The position numbers and the translations under genes were made by a program. The notes under the pieces are model-generated. The model was not told the origin of the DNA. It was given only the letters and a program-made list of their open reading frames with translations, and did no database searches. Positions 1 to 11,100 of a stretch of DNA of 58,244 nt are shown in pieces. Positions within the stretch are counted from its first letter, which is position 1. Each line of letters opens with the position of its first letter. This stretch comes from Catajapyx aquilonaris (Eukaryota), in contig KZ538622.1 of NCBI GenBank assembly GCA_000934665.2, positions 1-58,244 on the forward strand, written 5' to 3'.

Positions 1-4
1 CTAA

Positions 5-120
5 GGCTGAACTTTATAGGTACGAAAGGGGAGGGCTACATTGGCGGGCCCAACATGGCCGCCGGCGGCCATGTTGGGCCAGCATGTAGCCTTCCCCTTT
101 CGTACCTATAAAGTTCAGCC
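5..120. mobile_element. PIF/Harbinger (Tourist-like) MITE, almost fully palindromic
   Basis: GGCTGAACTTTATAGGTACGAAAGGGG...CCCCTTTCGTACCTATAAAGTTCAGCC; TAA on both sides (2-4, 121-123), the 3-bp TWA TSD typical of Harbinger. Confidence 0.85.
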
Positions 121-339
121 TAATCCGGTAGGGTCGCCACTTATCCTGGCCTCCGAAATGTCTCATGGAGGTCTCAGGTGAGTACCCGCTGCAAAATGCC
201 TCGGGCAGGTGATAACGCCAGAACGTAGTATAAGTGTCCGTTGGCTGGACTGTATCTTTGATGTGGTAGGGATTGCTACCCAGCGGCCTTGGTAGGATTC
301 AAAACATGTCACGTGGTGAACTGTTTTATTAGTTGATTA

Positions 340-466
340 AGGGCCGGTTTCACCGAGCTCAGTATATGATAAAACCAGGGTATTTCTCAAAATCCCTATC
401 TATTTGTATGGATTTTCCTAAAGAAACCTGGTTTTATCATATACCAAGCTCGGTGAAACCGGCCCT
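340..466. mobile_element. PIF/Harbinger-type MITE
   Basis: TIRs AGGGCCGGTTTCACCGAGCT...AGCTCGGTGAAACCGGCCCT extend to about 40 bp; flanks TTA/TAG give an imperfect TWA TSD. Confidence 0.75.
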
Positions 467-1101
467 TAGACTCAGGAAAACTCGTGTGGTTTTCACCCTG
501 TAAAAATGTAGTAAGAATATTCGTGTGAGACAAATGCCGCGTCAGGGAACCAATATGCGAAATGCAAGCACACATGCGATGTCTCGCGTTTGCCCAATCG
601 CGTATCTCTACCTCACTCCCTCTCCTCTCTCTCACTCTCCCCTAAAAGAGAGAGGGGCGGACTCAAGATGGCGTTCGTTGGCAAAGCAAGGCCGAACTCT
701 TATCGAATCAAACTAAAGTGAGACCAAATTCACAGGAGAGCACTTTGAAAGTTGTATAGTGTTGGTATAGTGTTATCATAAATCAGGTATTGATGCAGCA
801 TTCGAATAATCAGAATTATTAATTATTAATTATTTTAAATCAGAATAATTATGCATTTCTGAATGTGCACACGGTCATGGACCCTGCTCTAGTAATAAGT
901 CAAAATCGTCATTGTTGGACTTGTGCCCCTGTTATTGCCGGGGTGCGATATGTCTACAAGTCTTCGAGTTATAATGTTTTAAAATACACGCATTCTTTTT
1001 CGACGACTATAATTATGTAGTGTGCTGTGTAGTGTATCTGTATGCTGTGCTTTATTTTGACAGTATACGTCTATGTAGACAAAAAATGAGGTCAAAAGTC
1101 G

Positions 1102-1560
1102 CCAGATGGAATGCATCAGTGTGAGGAAAGGGGAAAAGCTATAAATTGTATGCCCCAATAACCAGTTAAAATAAAGGCAACAATCAACATAAGTGAATGC
1201 GACCCTCATTGTCACTTCCAACAGGTTGCTTCAAAATAAATGAACAAACAAGAATTTCTCCCCCGGTTTCATTGTTACAGTGTGGATTTAGAGCAATGCA
1301 TGACCGTGTATACACAGACTAACTATATAAACGCCTGCTTATATTTGACTAGTGTAATGCTGGAGTGGAATATGAATGCAAGGCCGGCATGTTTCAAGCC
1401 CGTCGCACTCTCTCCATTTCCTGGAGGCTGCTCCGGAAGCTCACATTTTCCGACACGCATGACGTCACTCATCCCAAGACGGGCCCTTCCAGTGCTGGAG
1501 AAAAAGTAAGTTCCCGTCCATTTATAAGGGATCCGTCCGGAAGCTCCATTCTGGCTGGCT
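1102..1560 (-). pseudogene. Degenerate KDZ (Kyakuja-Dileera-Zisupton) transposase core; may extend to about 2090
   Basis: One minus frame read through stops: MDGNLLF (1521) ... AGVYIVSLCIHGHALL*IHTVTMKPGEKFLFVHLF*SNLLEVTMRVAFTYVDCCLYFNWL...SPFLTLMHSIW. This matches the ordered KDZ motifs DGN, CxHG, M..GE, D..C...W and PFLsvMH. Confidence 0.7.
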
Positions 1561-2146
1561 CAATTAATGGTTGGCAAGGAGAAGAGCCATCTCCAAGGAA
1601 GCTTATTCTTTGCATTAATTAGGCCCATTGCGAATTATTCATTCAGTAATGAAGATCCCGGATTGGATGCTGCTTTTCACTTCCTTGCCCCTTCTTCATT
1701 AATTATCACAAAGTGTCGGATTCCTTCCTGCCTTCGGTCACCAAAGGAGGGGGCGCTCCTGGCTCCCTCAAAATATGCTGCATTTGCCTCCAACAATGCA
1801 GATTCTAAATGATGATAGGTTAATACCACGCATTTAAAATGGAAACCGTCAGGAGGGGCTTTAGTCATCCAAATAATCCTCTTTGAAATCACTCTATGTT
1901 ATCAGGTGACGTTCGTCAAGAATGTCCGATGCACTGTTGGCAGGGTTCATTATTCGATGAAAAATCCTTGCAAATCAAAGAATTAACTTATTCTTCGGTT
2001 ATCATGGTCAGTCGTACAGTAGTTATCAAGAAAAATATTCGTATAATACTCGTAAAGCCCACCAAATACATTAGCAAATTGAAGCGTTTCAAGTGACAGC
2101 AATTTTCCAGGAAACAAAAAAAAACTCTCCATGGGTGTGTGTCCCG

Positions 2147-2435
2147 GTCTCGCATAGGGGCTGGGGACCAAGGTTGGTGTTTTGACTGTAGCTCTGGGGA
2201 CATTATCCAAATTGTGGGAACATTTCGCGTCCCCACAGCAAAAACGCCTGGTGGGGTACTGCTTCAGTGGGGACATGTCCCCACAATTTCGTTATGCAGG
2301 GTTTTACAAAAGTCCATTTTTCTCAGCATAGGTTAGGTAGGGTAGGGTAGGGTAGGTTAGGTTAGGTTAGATCAGTTTACACTAACTTCGAAAATGTGTG
2401 TTGTCCTTGCCCCCACAGCCTACGGGGCGCAAGAC
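2147..2435 (+). mobile_element. Unclassified non-autonomous element with internal (GGGTA)n/(TTAGG)n, flanked by (GT)n; copy 1
   Basis: Homologous to 36594-36925 and 37484-37742. Repeated GTGGGGAC/GTCCCCAC motifs, imperfect IR GTCTCGC...GCAAGAC, GT tracts at about 2135-2142 and 2440-2473. Confidence 0.75.
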
Positions 2436-3180
2436 TATATGTGGGTGGATGTGTGTGTTTGTGTGTGTGTGTGGGGGGGGGGAGGTTGTGTTTCTCCCAT
2501 GACCCGAAGAGCTATGACGGCGGAAGGTTCGTTTACTGGCAAGGTCTCCCAAGCCGGACAGGTCTTTGAGAGAAACGCAACACCCCCCACCACGGACAAC
2601 AGTGTTTGAAAACATTTTTCAAGCACAGAGTGTCGACTTCAACCATACTTCAACAATGATGGTGTCTGACAGGTCGTACCAACCTTGTGACCCCACTGCA
2701 ACTCCGTTTTTTTCATATAGGATTCTCGATCAGATCCCCGTGTGTGACTTTAGAGCGGCATATCAGTAGTTAGGTGGGTTGCCGCTTCGCTTTAGTTTCG
2801 GCGCTTGACCAGTTCCTTCAGTTATTTCAACTAAGGTTCATCCAACAGTCGACACACATGTAATCTGGTGGCGGAACACGGCGGACCAAACCGCCAATTC
2901 AAATCTAGCAAGCATGGTCCGTTCGTTCCTTTGCTGTGGGGCCTGTTCGCATCCACGTTCTCATCATCCGTTCTAATAATAGTAATAATTTTCGCCGCAG
3001 TGGGGTAGTGTCTCTACTCGTGTTTTGTAGGATCGGCAAGCGGGGGACGACGACTCTAAAGATCCACGAGATAAGAGGGTAAGTTTCCAGACATGTATAT
3101 TATCTACACATTCCTTGACCGTGGGTAGTACATTGCTGGGGAAAATGTATGACTCTGCAGGATTAATATTATAGAGAGAG

Positions 3181-3516
3181 GGGGGGAGCGGAGTGGCGCT
3201 GTCGAAACGTACGCGCATACGCATGTGAGGGTCTCGGGTTCGATCCCAAGCCCGGGAATTCCCCCCTTCATCTCGTGTAGAGTTGGGTCGTCTCTGGCTT
3301 CGTCTCGAGTAAGATTTCTTGAGACTAACCACCTGGGGGAATTCACAAAATGACCATTTATGAAACATTACCCTGCTCCTAGCATTTCGCCTCCCACTCA
3401 TCCCTGTCCGTGGGCCCGGGCGCTTCGCTAAAGGTTCCAGTTGTGTAAAGATTGTACATGAAGTTAAATAATAAAGGTCCGTTCAATACCCCAAGATGGG
3501 TCAAAGCACTACCAGG

Positions 3517-3586
<70 letters not shown>
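3181..3586 (+). mobile_element. tRNA-derived SINE (family A) with (ATT)n tail
   Basis: A-box-like TGGCGCTGTCG, B-box GGTTCGATCCC (about 3237), body, then 3' end AATACCCCAAGATGGGTCAAAGCACTACCAGG followed by (ATT)n at 3517-3586. The same 3' end recurs inverted at 45745-45791. Confidence 0.75.
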
Positions 3587-3854
3587 GAAAGAGAAGGGGT
3601 AATACGTATATTACATGACTGTGAAATTCTCTCATTTCATTCCAGGCGATGCGATGGTATGAAATTTATGAACGCCACTCGTATAACGGTAAATAGTAAA
3701 AAAAACTGCAATTTCATGTCCCAGCTAATTTATGCACTAATATAACATCTGAAAACCAGATAACATGCAAAGAAATAAGATTGCAACATGCGGAATACGG
3801 GGCACATAGCAAATATGTAAGGAGAAAATTATTTAATATTTTTCTTTAGCTCAA

Positions 3855-4440
3855 GAGCGTGACATGTCATGTCCGTGGTGTGTCCCAACCTTCACTTTCA
3901 TAGTTTTGTCCATTTTTATGCAAGGCATGAGATGTTATTTCACTTTTTCAATTAGAAATGGAGAAAGGAATACTGAAGGTAAAGGCTAGTGCATTCTTTG
4001 TCCGGAAGTTCCAAATTGCATCGATTTTATTCCAAGAGCAATTTTGCCCCAAGGTTTCTCGTCACGTCCGTGGACAAACACAAAAACTGTTATAAAATCA
4101 TCCAGGAAGCAGCAATGTGCGGGATTTTTGTCTTTTTGCTTGCTGATGCAGCCATATTGAGACGGTGAATCAAAAACCTGTTGGGATGGTTGCTTGAAGG
4201 CGTGTGTTTCTGCTCTACGCGTCAGATTTATTGAAGTGTCGAGATCAGTGCGTCACGTCTGTGGCACCTGGTAAATGTAGGTAAGCAGTTCAAATTTCAA
4301 TTTTTGCTCAAGTACGCGTGCTATTAGGTACAAAGAGCTTACTCATTTGAACTAAAAGTTTGTAACCTAAACTTACCACGTTTTACGTGGAATAAACTGA
4401 GAGTTTGTCACATCCGTGGACACTACCCGTCCACAGGCGC
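3855..4440. repeat. Dispersed 13-bp motif GTCA(C/T)(G/A)TC(C/T)GTGG x4, probably subterminal repeats of an old DNA transposon
   Basis: Copies at 3866, 4061, 4252 and 4407; the region starts TCAA|GAGCGTGAC. Confidence 0.45.
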
Positions 4441-4660
4441 CCCTAGGCGGGGTCAGGTGTTCAAGGACATGATTTTAATAACCTATTTGAATGTTTTGGA
4501 CCATCTATAGGACCATGTTTCTAATGCACTACTCATAGCTGTACACTACTTATTGTCATATGTAACCATACGGATGGGTCTCGAGTATACTCCGAATTTC
4601 CACATTTCTTGTTTCATTGCATTTGAAGCGATTTGAAGTATTAGGCTACTTACATTTATA

Positions 4661-5084
4661 CAGGGTGTATCTGAACTCAGTGCCCCAACGTATATGACTG
4701 CCTTCCTAGCCACCAGAAGATCGATTTAAGTATAGGAGTCATTATGTTTGGCCGCCGCATTACGGAGATAATTGGCCGCAAACATGTAGTACAAAATATC
4801 CTGTCGGTTAGGCCACCCATCGAACCCTCCCCCAGTCAGAAGGCTCTGGAAGGTCTGGGGGCCGGACTTTGTTGGTTTGTTGCCCACAGGTGGTAAGGCC
4901 TCTTTGGCTAGTTACACCAGAAATTTCTATTTAAAAGTCAGAAGGAGCGATTAGGCAAAAATCGCTAAAGAGTGTATCTCAGTAATGAGGCTGCCCAGAC
5001 ATATGACTCCTATACTTAAATCGATCCTCTGGTGGCTAGGAAGGCAGTCATATACGTCGGGGCACTGAGTTCAGATACACCCTG
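4661..5084. mobile_element. Tc1/mariner-type MITE (family M1), copy 1
   Basis: TA|CAGGGTGTATCTGAACTCAGTGCCCC...GGGGCACTGAGTTCAGATACACCCTG|TA, long TIRs of about 80-110 bp; near-identical to 15061-15482. Confidence 0.92.
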
Positions 5085-5577
5085 TATTGTGAACTGTGCT
5101 GCCCACTTGGTTCGGTTCTACACCCTGTGCCACACTAGTTCGTCAAGGTCAAGTAGACTCTGTATTCTTAACTGTGTGTATACAGCATTTTATCATTTAT
5201 ATATAAAAAGGTGAAATATAAATTTACGATCTCGCCTGTTATGTTTGTGGGAACACCAGAGGTTATAAATATTTTTATTTAAAAAGGTTATTTTTTAAAG
5301 GACATTTACATTTATTTTTTTGGAAATGAAATTGCACTTTTTTCACTATTGACCCATAAACGTGTCCACGGGCTGTTCTGCATGCCTTTTTTAGAGGAAG
5401 GAAAATGTCTGGCCATCTAAAATTGTCCCAAGGTACTGGTTGTAAGTCTGCGCATTTTCCCCTCCCCTCTTCCCACCATCTCACAAAATTTTATCACGTT
5501 TTAAAAATTCTGTGCTGTATTTGTTTAAAAATTAATCTATAATGTATTTAGTGTATCTTCATTACGACACACATATA

Positions 5578-6609
5578 CAGGTTGGTCCCGGTAACTCTCG
5601 CAAAAATCACAGGGTGGGTAGAGGCCCCATATAGTCCGGGCCCTAAGCGTCTTAACCTTGCACTTTGTGATAAGAAGGTGCCACTTGGCACATATGTTCC
5701 TTAGGCCTATAGGAGCAATTCCAGAGTTGCAGGCAACTGATCGGTCCCTTAGGTCACGAGTTATGCGGTGTTGCCAACATGGCCTGGGATGACCTGAGCG
5801 TTTTTAACGTTGCATTTTGTGATAAGAAGGTACCGCTTGGCACATTATGTTCCCTAGGTCTGTAGGAGTCGTTTGAGAGATGGCGGCACCTGATCTGCCC
5901 CTTAGGTCACGAGTTATGCGGTTATGCTTAGGTTCCGGACCAGGTTGGCAACACCGCATAACTCCTGACCTAAGGGGCGGATCAAGTGCCGCCATTTCTC
6001 AAATGGATCCTATACACCTAGGGAACATGTCTGCCAAGTGGCACCTTCTCATCACAAAGTGCCGAATTAAAACGATTAGTTCCCTGATCAGGTTGGCAAC
6101 ACCGCATAACTCGTGACCTAAGGGACCGATCAGTTGCCTGCAACTCTGAAATTGCTCCTATAGGCCTAAGAAACATATGTGCCAAGTGGCACCTTCTCAT
6201 CCCAAAATGCAAGGTTAGGCCTGATTTTTGCGCTTAGGGCCCGGACTAATAGGCAGGTATTTTGAGCTTCGGTACCCATGTCCGGAAACCCCCGTACGGG
6301 GGTACGGCCGTTTCCACATGTGGTCTGGTGCGCCTTGTGGGTAGGCAACCCATCGTACTCGAAGCTTGCGTTCATCAGGTGTGATGTCGCGTGTGGAGGA
6401 GACGAAGGTGAAAACAATTGCGACACATGCGACACACCTGATGAACGCAAGCTTCGAGTACGATGAATTGCTTACCCACCAGGCGCAACAGACCAAAGGT
6501 GGAAACGGCCGTACCCCCATACCGGACACGGGTACCTAAGCTCAAAATATGCGCCTATGGGGCCTCTACCCACCCTGTGATTTTTGCCAGAGTTACCAAG
6601 ACCACCCTG
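5578..6609. mobile_element. Tc1/mariner-type foldback MITE interrupted by a nested element
   Basis: TA|CAGGTTGGTCCCGGTAACTCT...AGAGTTACCAAGACCACCCTG|TA. The arms remain complementary across the insertion (6250-6390 vs 6430-6560). Confidence 0.88.
5632..6248. mobile_element. Academ-like non-autonomous foldback element nested in the mariner MITE
   Basis: ATA|TAGTCCGGGCCCTAAGCG...CGCTTAGGGCCCGGACTA|ATA. A 3-bp TSD with TAG...CTA termini fits Academ. Each arm is two tandem modules of about 150 bp (A-B-B'-A'). Confidence 0.75.
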
Positions 6610-8118
6610 TATATACCGATATGATGATTTTCCATCATTCATCTCTTGTGTTTTGGGAATAAATGAGGGGTCTGAGATATCAAAAAGATATCAAGTCCAC
6701 TTTTGGGATGTGTAACACAAATACGGTAAGCGCAGCAATTATTTATTTTAATGTCATTGAGTATTAATAATTGCACAATGTCGTATGTAGCTGAACTGCT
6801 GTAACAACATACGGACGCAAAAAGTTTCAAGATAGTACCAGTGAAAGGTAAGTAATCGTCAGTTTTCGCTCGTTCTACGACCAGTTTTTCCAAGTGGACT
6901 TCGCCGTTTTTGATCTCAGACCCCTCAAATATAACAGAAATGCTTCGCCAGCATTCTTCCCCACACTCCTCCTTCCCCCAGCGGAACCTACATGCCACAC
7001 TACGTCGCAAAAAATAGTCTCCTAATTCGTGTAGCCTACTTAAAAATTACACCTTACTTTATTTATGGAAAATATTCTTTCAGCTTACGATGAGAAAGTT
7101 TCTTAAATCATATTACACGGCATTTCGTATGTATAAGTCTACGTTAACTCTGAAATAATTTCGATGTTGTCAGGTTAGTGTCATTTTTTATGAATAGTGC
7201 ATCGCGTATTCCTGGTTCAATTTTTGAAGCCACCAATATTGCACTTCAAACCACGAAAACCCTCGCAGATTTAAGATGGTCGAAGTCTACCTCGTTTCTT
7301 GTTGGTTCATTGATATTATTTTATCACCTCTACATTTTTGACTTGTAGCAGGTCTGTGATTTCAGCAGATGGTAGCAGTACTTACCTCCAATGCCATCTA
7401 TGGTATATTATGGGAACTGGCAGCAGGCTGCCAACAGGGGAATATATTACGGAAACTACAAGCAGACTTCCCCATGAGGTTTCAGCTAATCACTTTAATC
7501 AGCCACCAATGCGCCGATATTAAGCTTTCTAGGTATAGGCTGAAGGTGGTTTGGAATATGGGTATTATCTGAACACACAAACATAGCCTACTGTAGATAC
7601 TTTCTGCTTTAAGCATACGGTGTGATTCCAACTGAAATGTGTAACCGTGTAGTGATTAGCAATTTTTGGACACTAAGCTGCTTATTTTAAGCAGTTACTT
7701 TTGAATAGTTATTTTCAGTAGTGTTAGCTATTAATATTAGACCGAATTGAATAATCCATCCACGTTCTGAATTGCAACGATTTCCTATTGGGATTGGCCC
7801 ATTGAAATAATTGGCATCTCACGTCAATGGTAGCCGCCGTGGGGAGATCGACCGTGACGAAGTGGAAGAGGAAGGTACGAAACAGTGCTTGCGAGGGAGG
7901 CGATCCTGGGTAAAATGACTGTCAGCAGGTAGCAGGTCACAGTCCTCATTCTTACCACTGCAGGAGTAATGCCGATAACAAATCAGACAACCAACAAAAT
8001 CAATCGCTCAGCCAATCTAGAGACTCTTCACTTTTCATCAACTTAATTATCGACTTGGACCATTTGCTCTTTCTAACATAAGTTTCCCTTTCCTCAGAAG
8101 GTATCCCACCTTCGCCTC

Positions 8119-8197
<79 letters not shown>
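8119..8197. repeat. (TAA)n microsatellite
   Basis: Pure trinucleotide tract. Confidence 0.97.
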
Positions 8198-8479
8198 CGC
8201 CCATCAGATACACCACGGCAGATGTGGACCTGCACAAAGCACTGGCTTACTGCTGCTAGTCGTATATAAAACTACACCAACTCAGCAAGCCACTCACAAC
8301 CCCAATTTAAGTGCAGAGTTAATGGTAAAGTACTATACTGTTTCATTAGATATGCACATGTACCATGGTTCACATGAATCACAGTAGAGATGCCACTCCA
8401 TAGGACATAATTATAGCCGACATAATTATCTAGAATGCCTTGATCAAACATGAACACTTGAACATCCTTCCTACTGATT

Positions 8480-8895
8480 GCTGATCACTAAATGAAATAT
8501 GACTTACAACAAACTCCATCATAGGTAATATTTCTTGGTTTCATATCATATCTTAATGTAACTGTACCCACTCACTAATAGAAGAACTGCATTGGCACCC
8601 TCCGCCTCCTCCCGAACACCAATATTCTTACTTAATATTATTTTTAGCAACAAATCCATTACATCACGTACATAACATAAAACAAATTCTCATCAAATAC
8701 ACTAATATAATTATATGAACTTGCTGAATTGAACATAGGCTAATCTCGCCAAAGCAGTTTACCCCAACTATTGTAACTCCCCCTTATTAGAAATAGACAC
8801 GTTCTGTTACGTCTAATATTATCGTATTCTACTGTAAAATACGAACCCATGTGTGTGATATTGGAAATTTTGTATTTATAGATAGAACAAATAAA
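8480..8895 (+). pseudogene. Possible highly decayed 3' part of an L2/CR1-like LINE ORF2
   Basis: Fragments FLGFI and CIGTLRLLPNTNILT*YYF resemble the post-RT region (kfLGv..; igilrrl..il..iY), followed by AATAAA near 8890. Confidence 0.3.
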
Positions 8896-8980
8896 CGTAA
8901 CTTAAAAACTGCATCATATTTTATTTATTATCACCTTTAAATAACCTGTGCCATGTATAATTATATATATAATTATATAT

Positions 8981-9028
8981 CCTCCTCAGACCTGATGTCC
9001 AATATATTGGACATCAGGTCTCAGGAGG
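8981..9028. mobile_element. Minimal palindromic piggyBac-like MITE with ATAT flanks
   Basis: ATAT|CCTCCTCAGACCTGATGTCCAATATATTGGACATCAGGTCTCAGGAGG|ATAT; 24-bp arms with one mismatch. Confidence 0.55.
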
Positions 9029-10499
9029 ATATGCATATATTATAATTATATATTATATAGGTGTACACCTGTTTAACTGCAATCCTCTTAATAACATGCA
9101 TTAGCTTCAGCCACGTCAAGTAGGCTATGTAGTCATCCGTTCATCTCGGGGGAAGTATTCAAAGTATCGCTGGGTGGAAAACAAACCTGATAAGCACTTT
9201 ACAAAGTGTATGCTACTATATTATGATGCCATCAAACCCATAATTAAGGTCGCATAATCCTACTAGTACATTCATACAATGATTTTAAATGGGTCAAACG
9301 ATACATTTCCGACCTCCCCCCCCTCTCTTCCCCCCTCCAAAAAAGATATCAGGGAACTAGTGGTATGTACTTAAAATGCCAGCTACGGACTTTGGCCCTT
9401 CAAAGTTTCGGACGTATTCAAATTCCAGCCCCGATAACCCCATGGTCGGCCAGCAAACCCCATTCATTGACATTCATGTCGTGAGTTATAATTTTTTCTC
9501 CCTCCCTCCCCCTGCCCACCCGCATTTCTAGGCGATGGAAAGAAATCAGTGGCGGGGAGGGAGGAGGTGGGATAGTAACTCGACTTGGGCTTATTGGTCT
9601 AATGGGAGCTTAGGGAAAGTAGCTGAGAGCGAACTTAAGTGGGCTTAGAAGCACTGGTTGGCCAGCAGAATACTAAAGGAGCCAGATTAGTCGTCTGCAC
9701 GTGGATACCCTCTCCCAAAAACTCAAGCATTCCCCCATCCCCCTCATCCACATCCCCCCTTCCCTCTGGGCTCCATCTTGATAAACTGTGCTCACAACTC
9801 TACCACCTTCCCGCCTAATTTTGCGGCGCCGGAGCGATATTTACGGCCCCCTAATGAGGCGGGAGAAAGTGATCGCTAGAGGTCGATAACATCGACGGAA
9901 TTGGCTGGGGAAGCTTTATGGGGCACCATCGCCCCCTCCCCCTCCCACCCCCATCCCGGACTCTCTAACAGGCCTATCCAGCCACCTTACCCAATTGATG
10001 CCATAGGTTGCGGAAGGTTAGTTATGTCATCGCAAATATACACGAGGGATCGATAATATCGACCGGCCTGTTTAGAGTCCGGGTCAGAGTACGAGGCTGA
10101 CCGTATTTTCTTGGATCATCACTTTCGAGGTGCTTAATCATTGATGAGATGATACGCATAATTTACAGGATAATATGGTCCTGAATCGATAGACTGGGGG
10201 AAATGTCAGATTTTCATCGGGATTTATTTTCTATTATCAGGCTAATTGGCAAGGGTGAGACTAAATCCAGATTCTCAACTGCTTGTATTTTGCAGAAAAT
10301 TGTCGGGCAAAAAGTTTCATAGCATTCCAAAATGCAATATTTATTCCTAATAGCGCCAAGTATCAGGTAAAATTCATCAAAGTGGTGAAAAAAGACACTC
10401 AAAGTTATTGGAGTGATTCGCAATGAGTCGAAAGAGCTTCAGGCACATCTATTTGACTGACAATCCCAGCACCTGCGAAATGCGAATGTCTACAGCCCT

Positions 10500-11100
10500 G
10501 CGAAAGGAAAAGCCTGTAGCCTCCATCGTACTGGAGCAACAGCAACATTGACAGTCTTTCTGGTCCACTGCAGTGACCTTTACAGTATTAGCTTCAATGA
10601 CCCAAGTGGCCTCCCGGCATCCTAATCATCCGAATGGCCTCGGAGCACTCGCTTCCTTGCTTGACCAATGGCTTGTCTGCAGGCTCTCAGGTATTATCGG
10701 GTGAGAGGCCCGCCAATGCAACCATTTACTGTATAGGCTACCTTTAGAAACGAGGTGAATTGATTTATATTTCTGGTGTCTTGGTAACGGCTAACTGCAT
10801 CAGGGCCGCCAATAAGCTAAACAAGGATGTGCTGGAGAAATCATGGGCCGGAAGCAGATGTCCCCATAGTGGCGGTGAAACGTCAACTGCAGGTCAGACT
10901 TCCTGATAAATTGTCATTACTGTATACTCGTGCATGAGGTGTGTTTACAGCAGCGTACATGGGCTGAGCCTGCCGCATTCTCACCCGCCACACGTACGAT
11001 GACAAATGCCAAGCTGTATCCGAATAATGCAAACTTACTCTCGGACACCGAAAAAGAGTGATGGCATCGATTACGTCCTGTTTGAATGGCGCCGGATCTG
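10500..11100 (-). pseudogene. Possible decayed Academ-type transposase C-terminal region
   Basis: Across frames and in order: QTGRNRCHHSF, MYAAVNTPHAR, PLTR*YLRACRQAI, LKLI/CKGHCSG/CQC. These loosely resemble TGCD..F, lY..vn.aR, LPPT..Ra.yQ and the terminal Cys cluster. Confidence 0.3.

Noticed and set aside
5..120. Conserved miRNA precursors among the many hairpins
   Set aside because: I recognised no conserved arthropod mature miRNA, and most hairpins have TSD-defined MITE ends; a miRBase search was not possible.
3452..3745. Poly-Leu, poly-Asn and poly-Tyr ORFs (also 8047, 56534, 56650)
   Set aside because: They are translations of (ATT)n/(TAA)n microsatellites.
3866..4420. CRISPR-like array
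   Set aside because: Repeats are only 13 bp and degenerate, spacers are 140-180 bp, there are no cas genes, and the context is eukaryotic.
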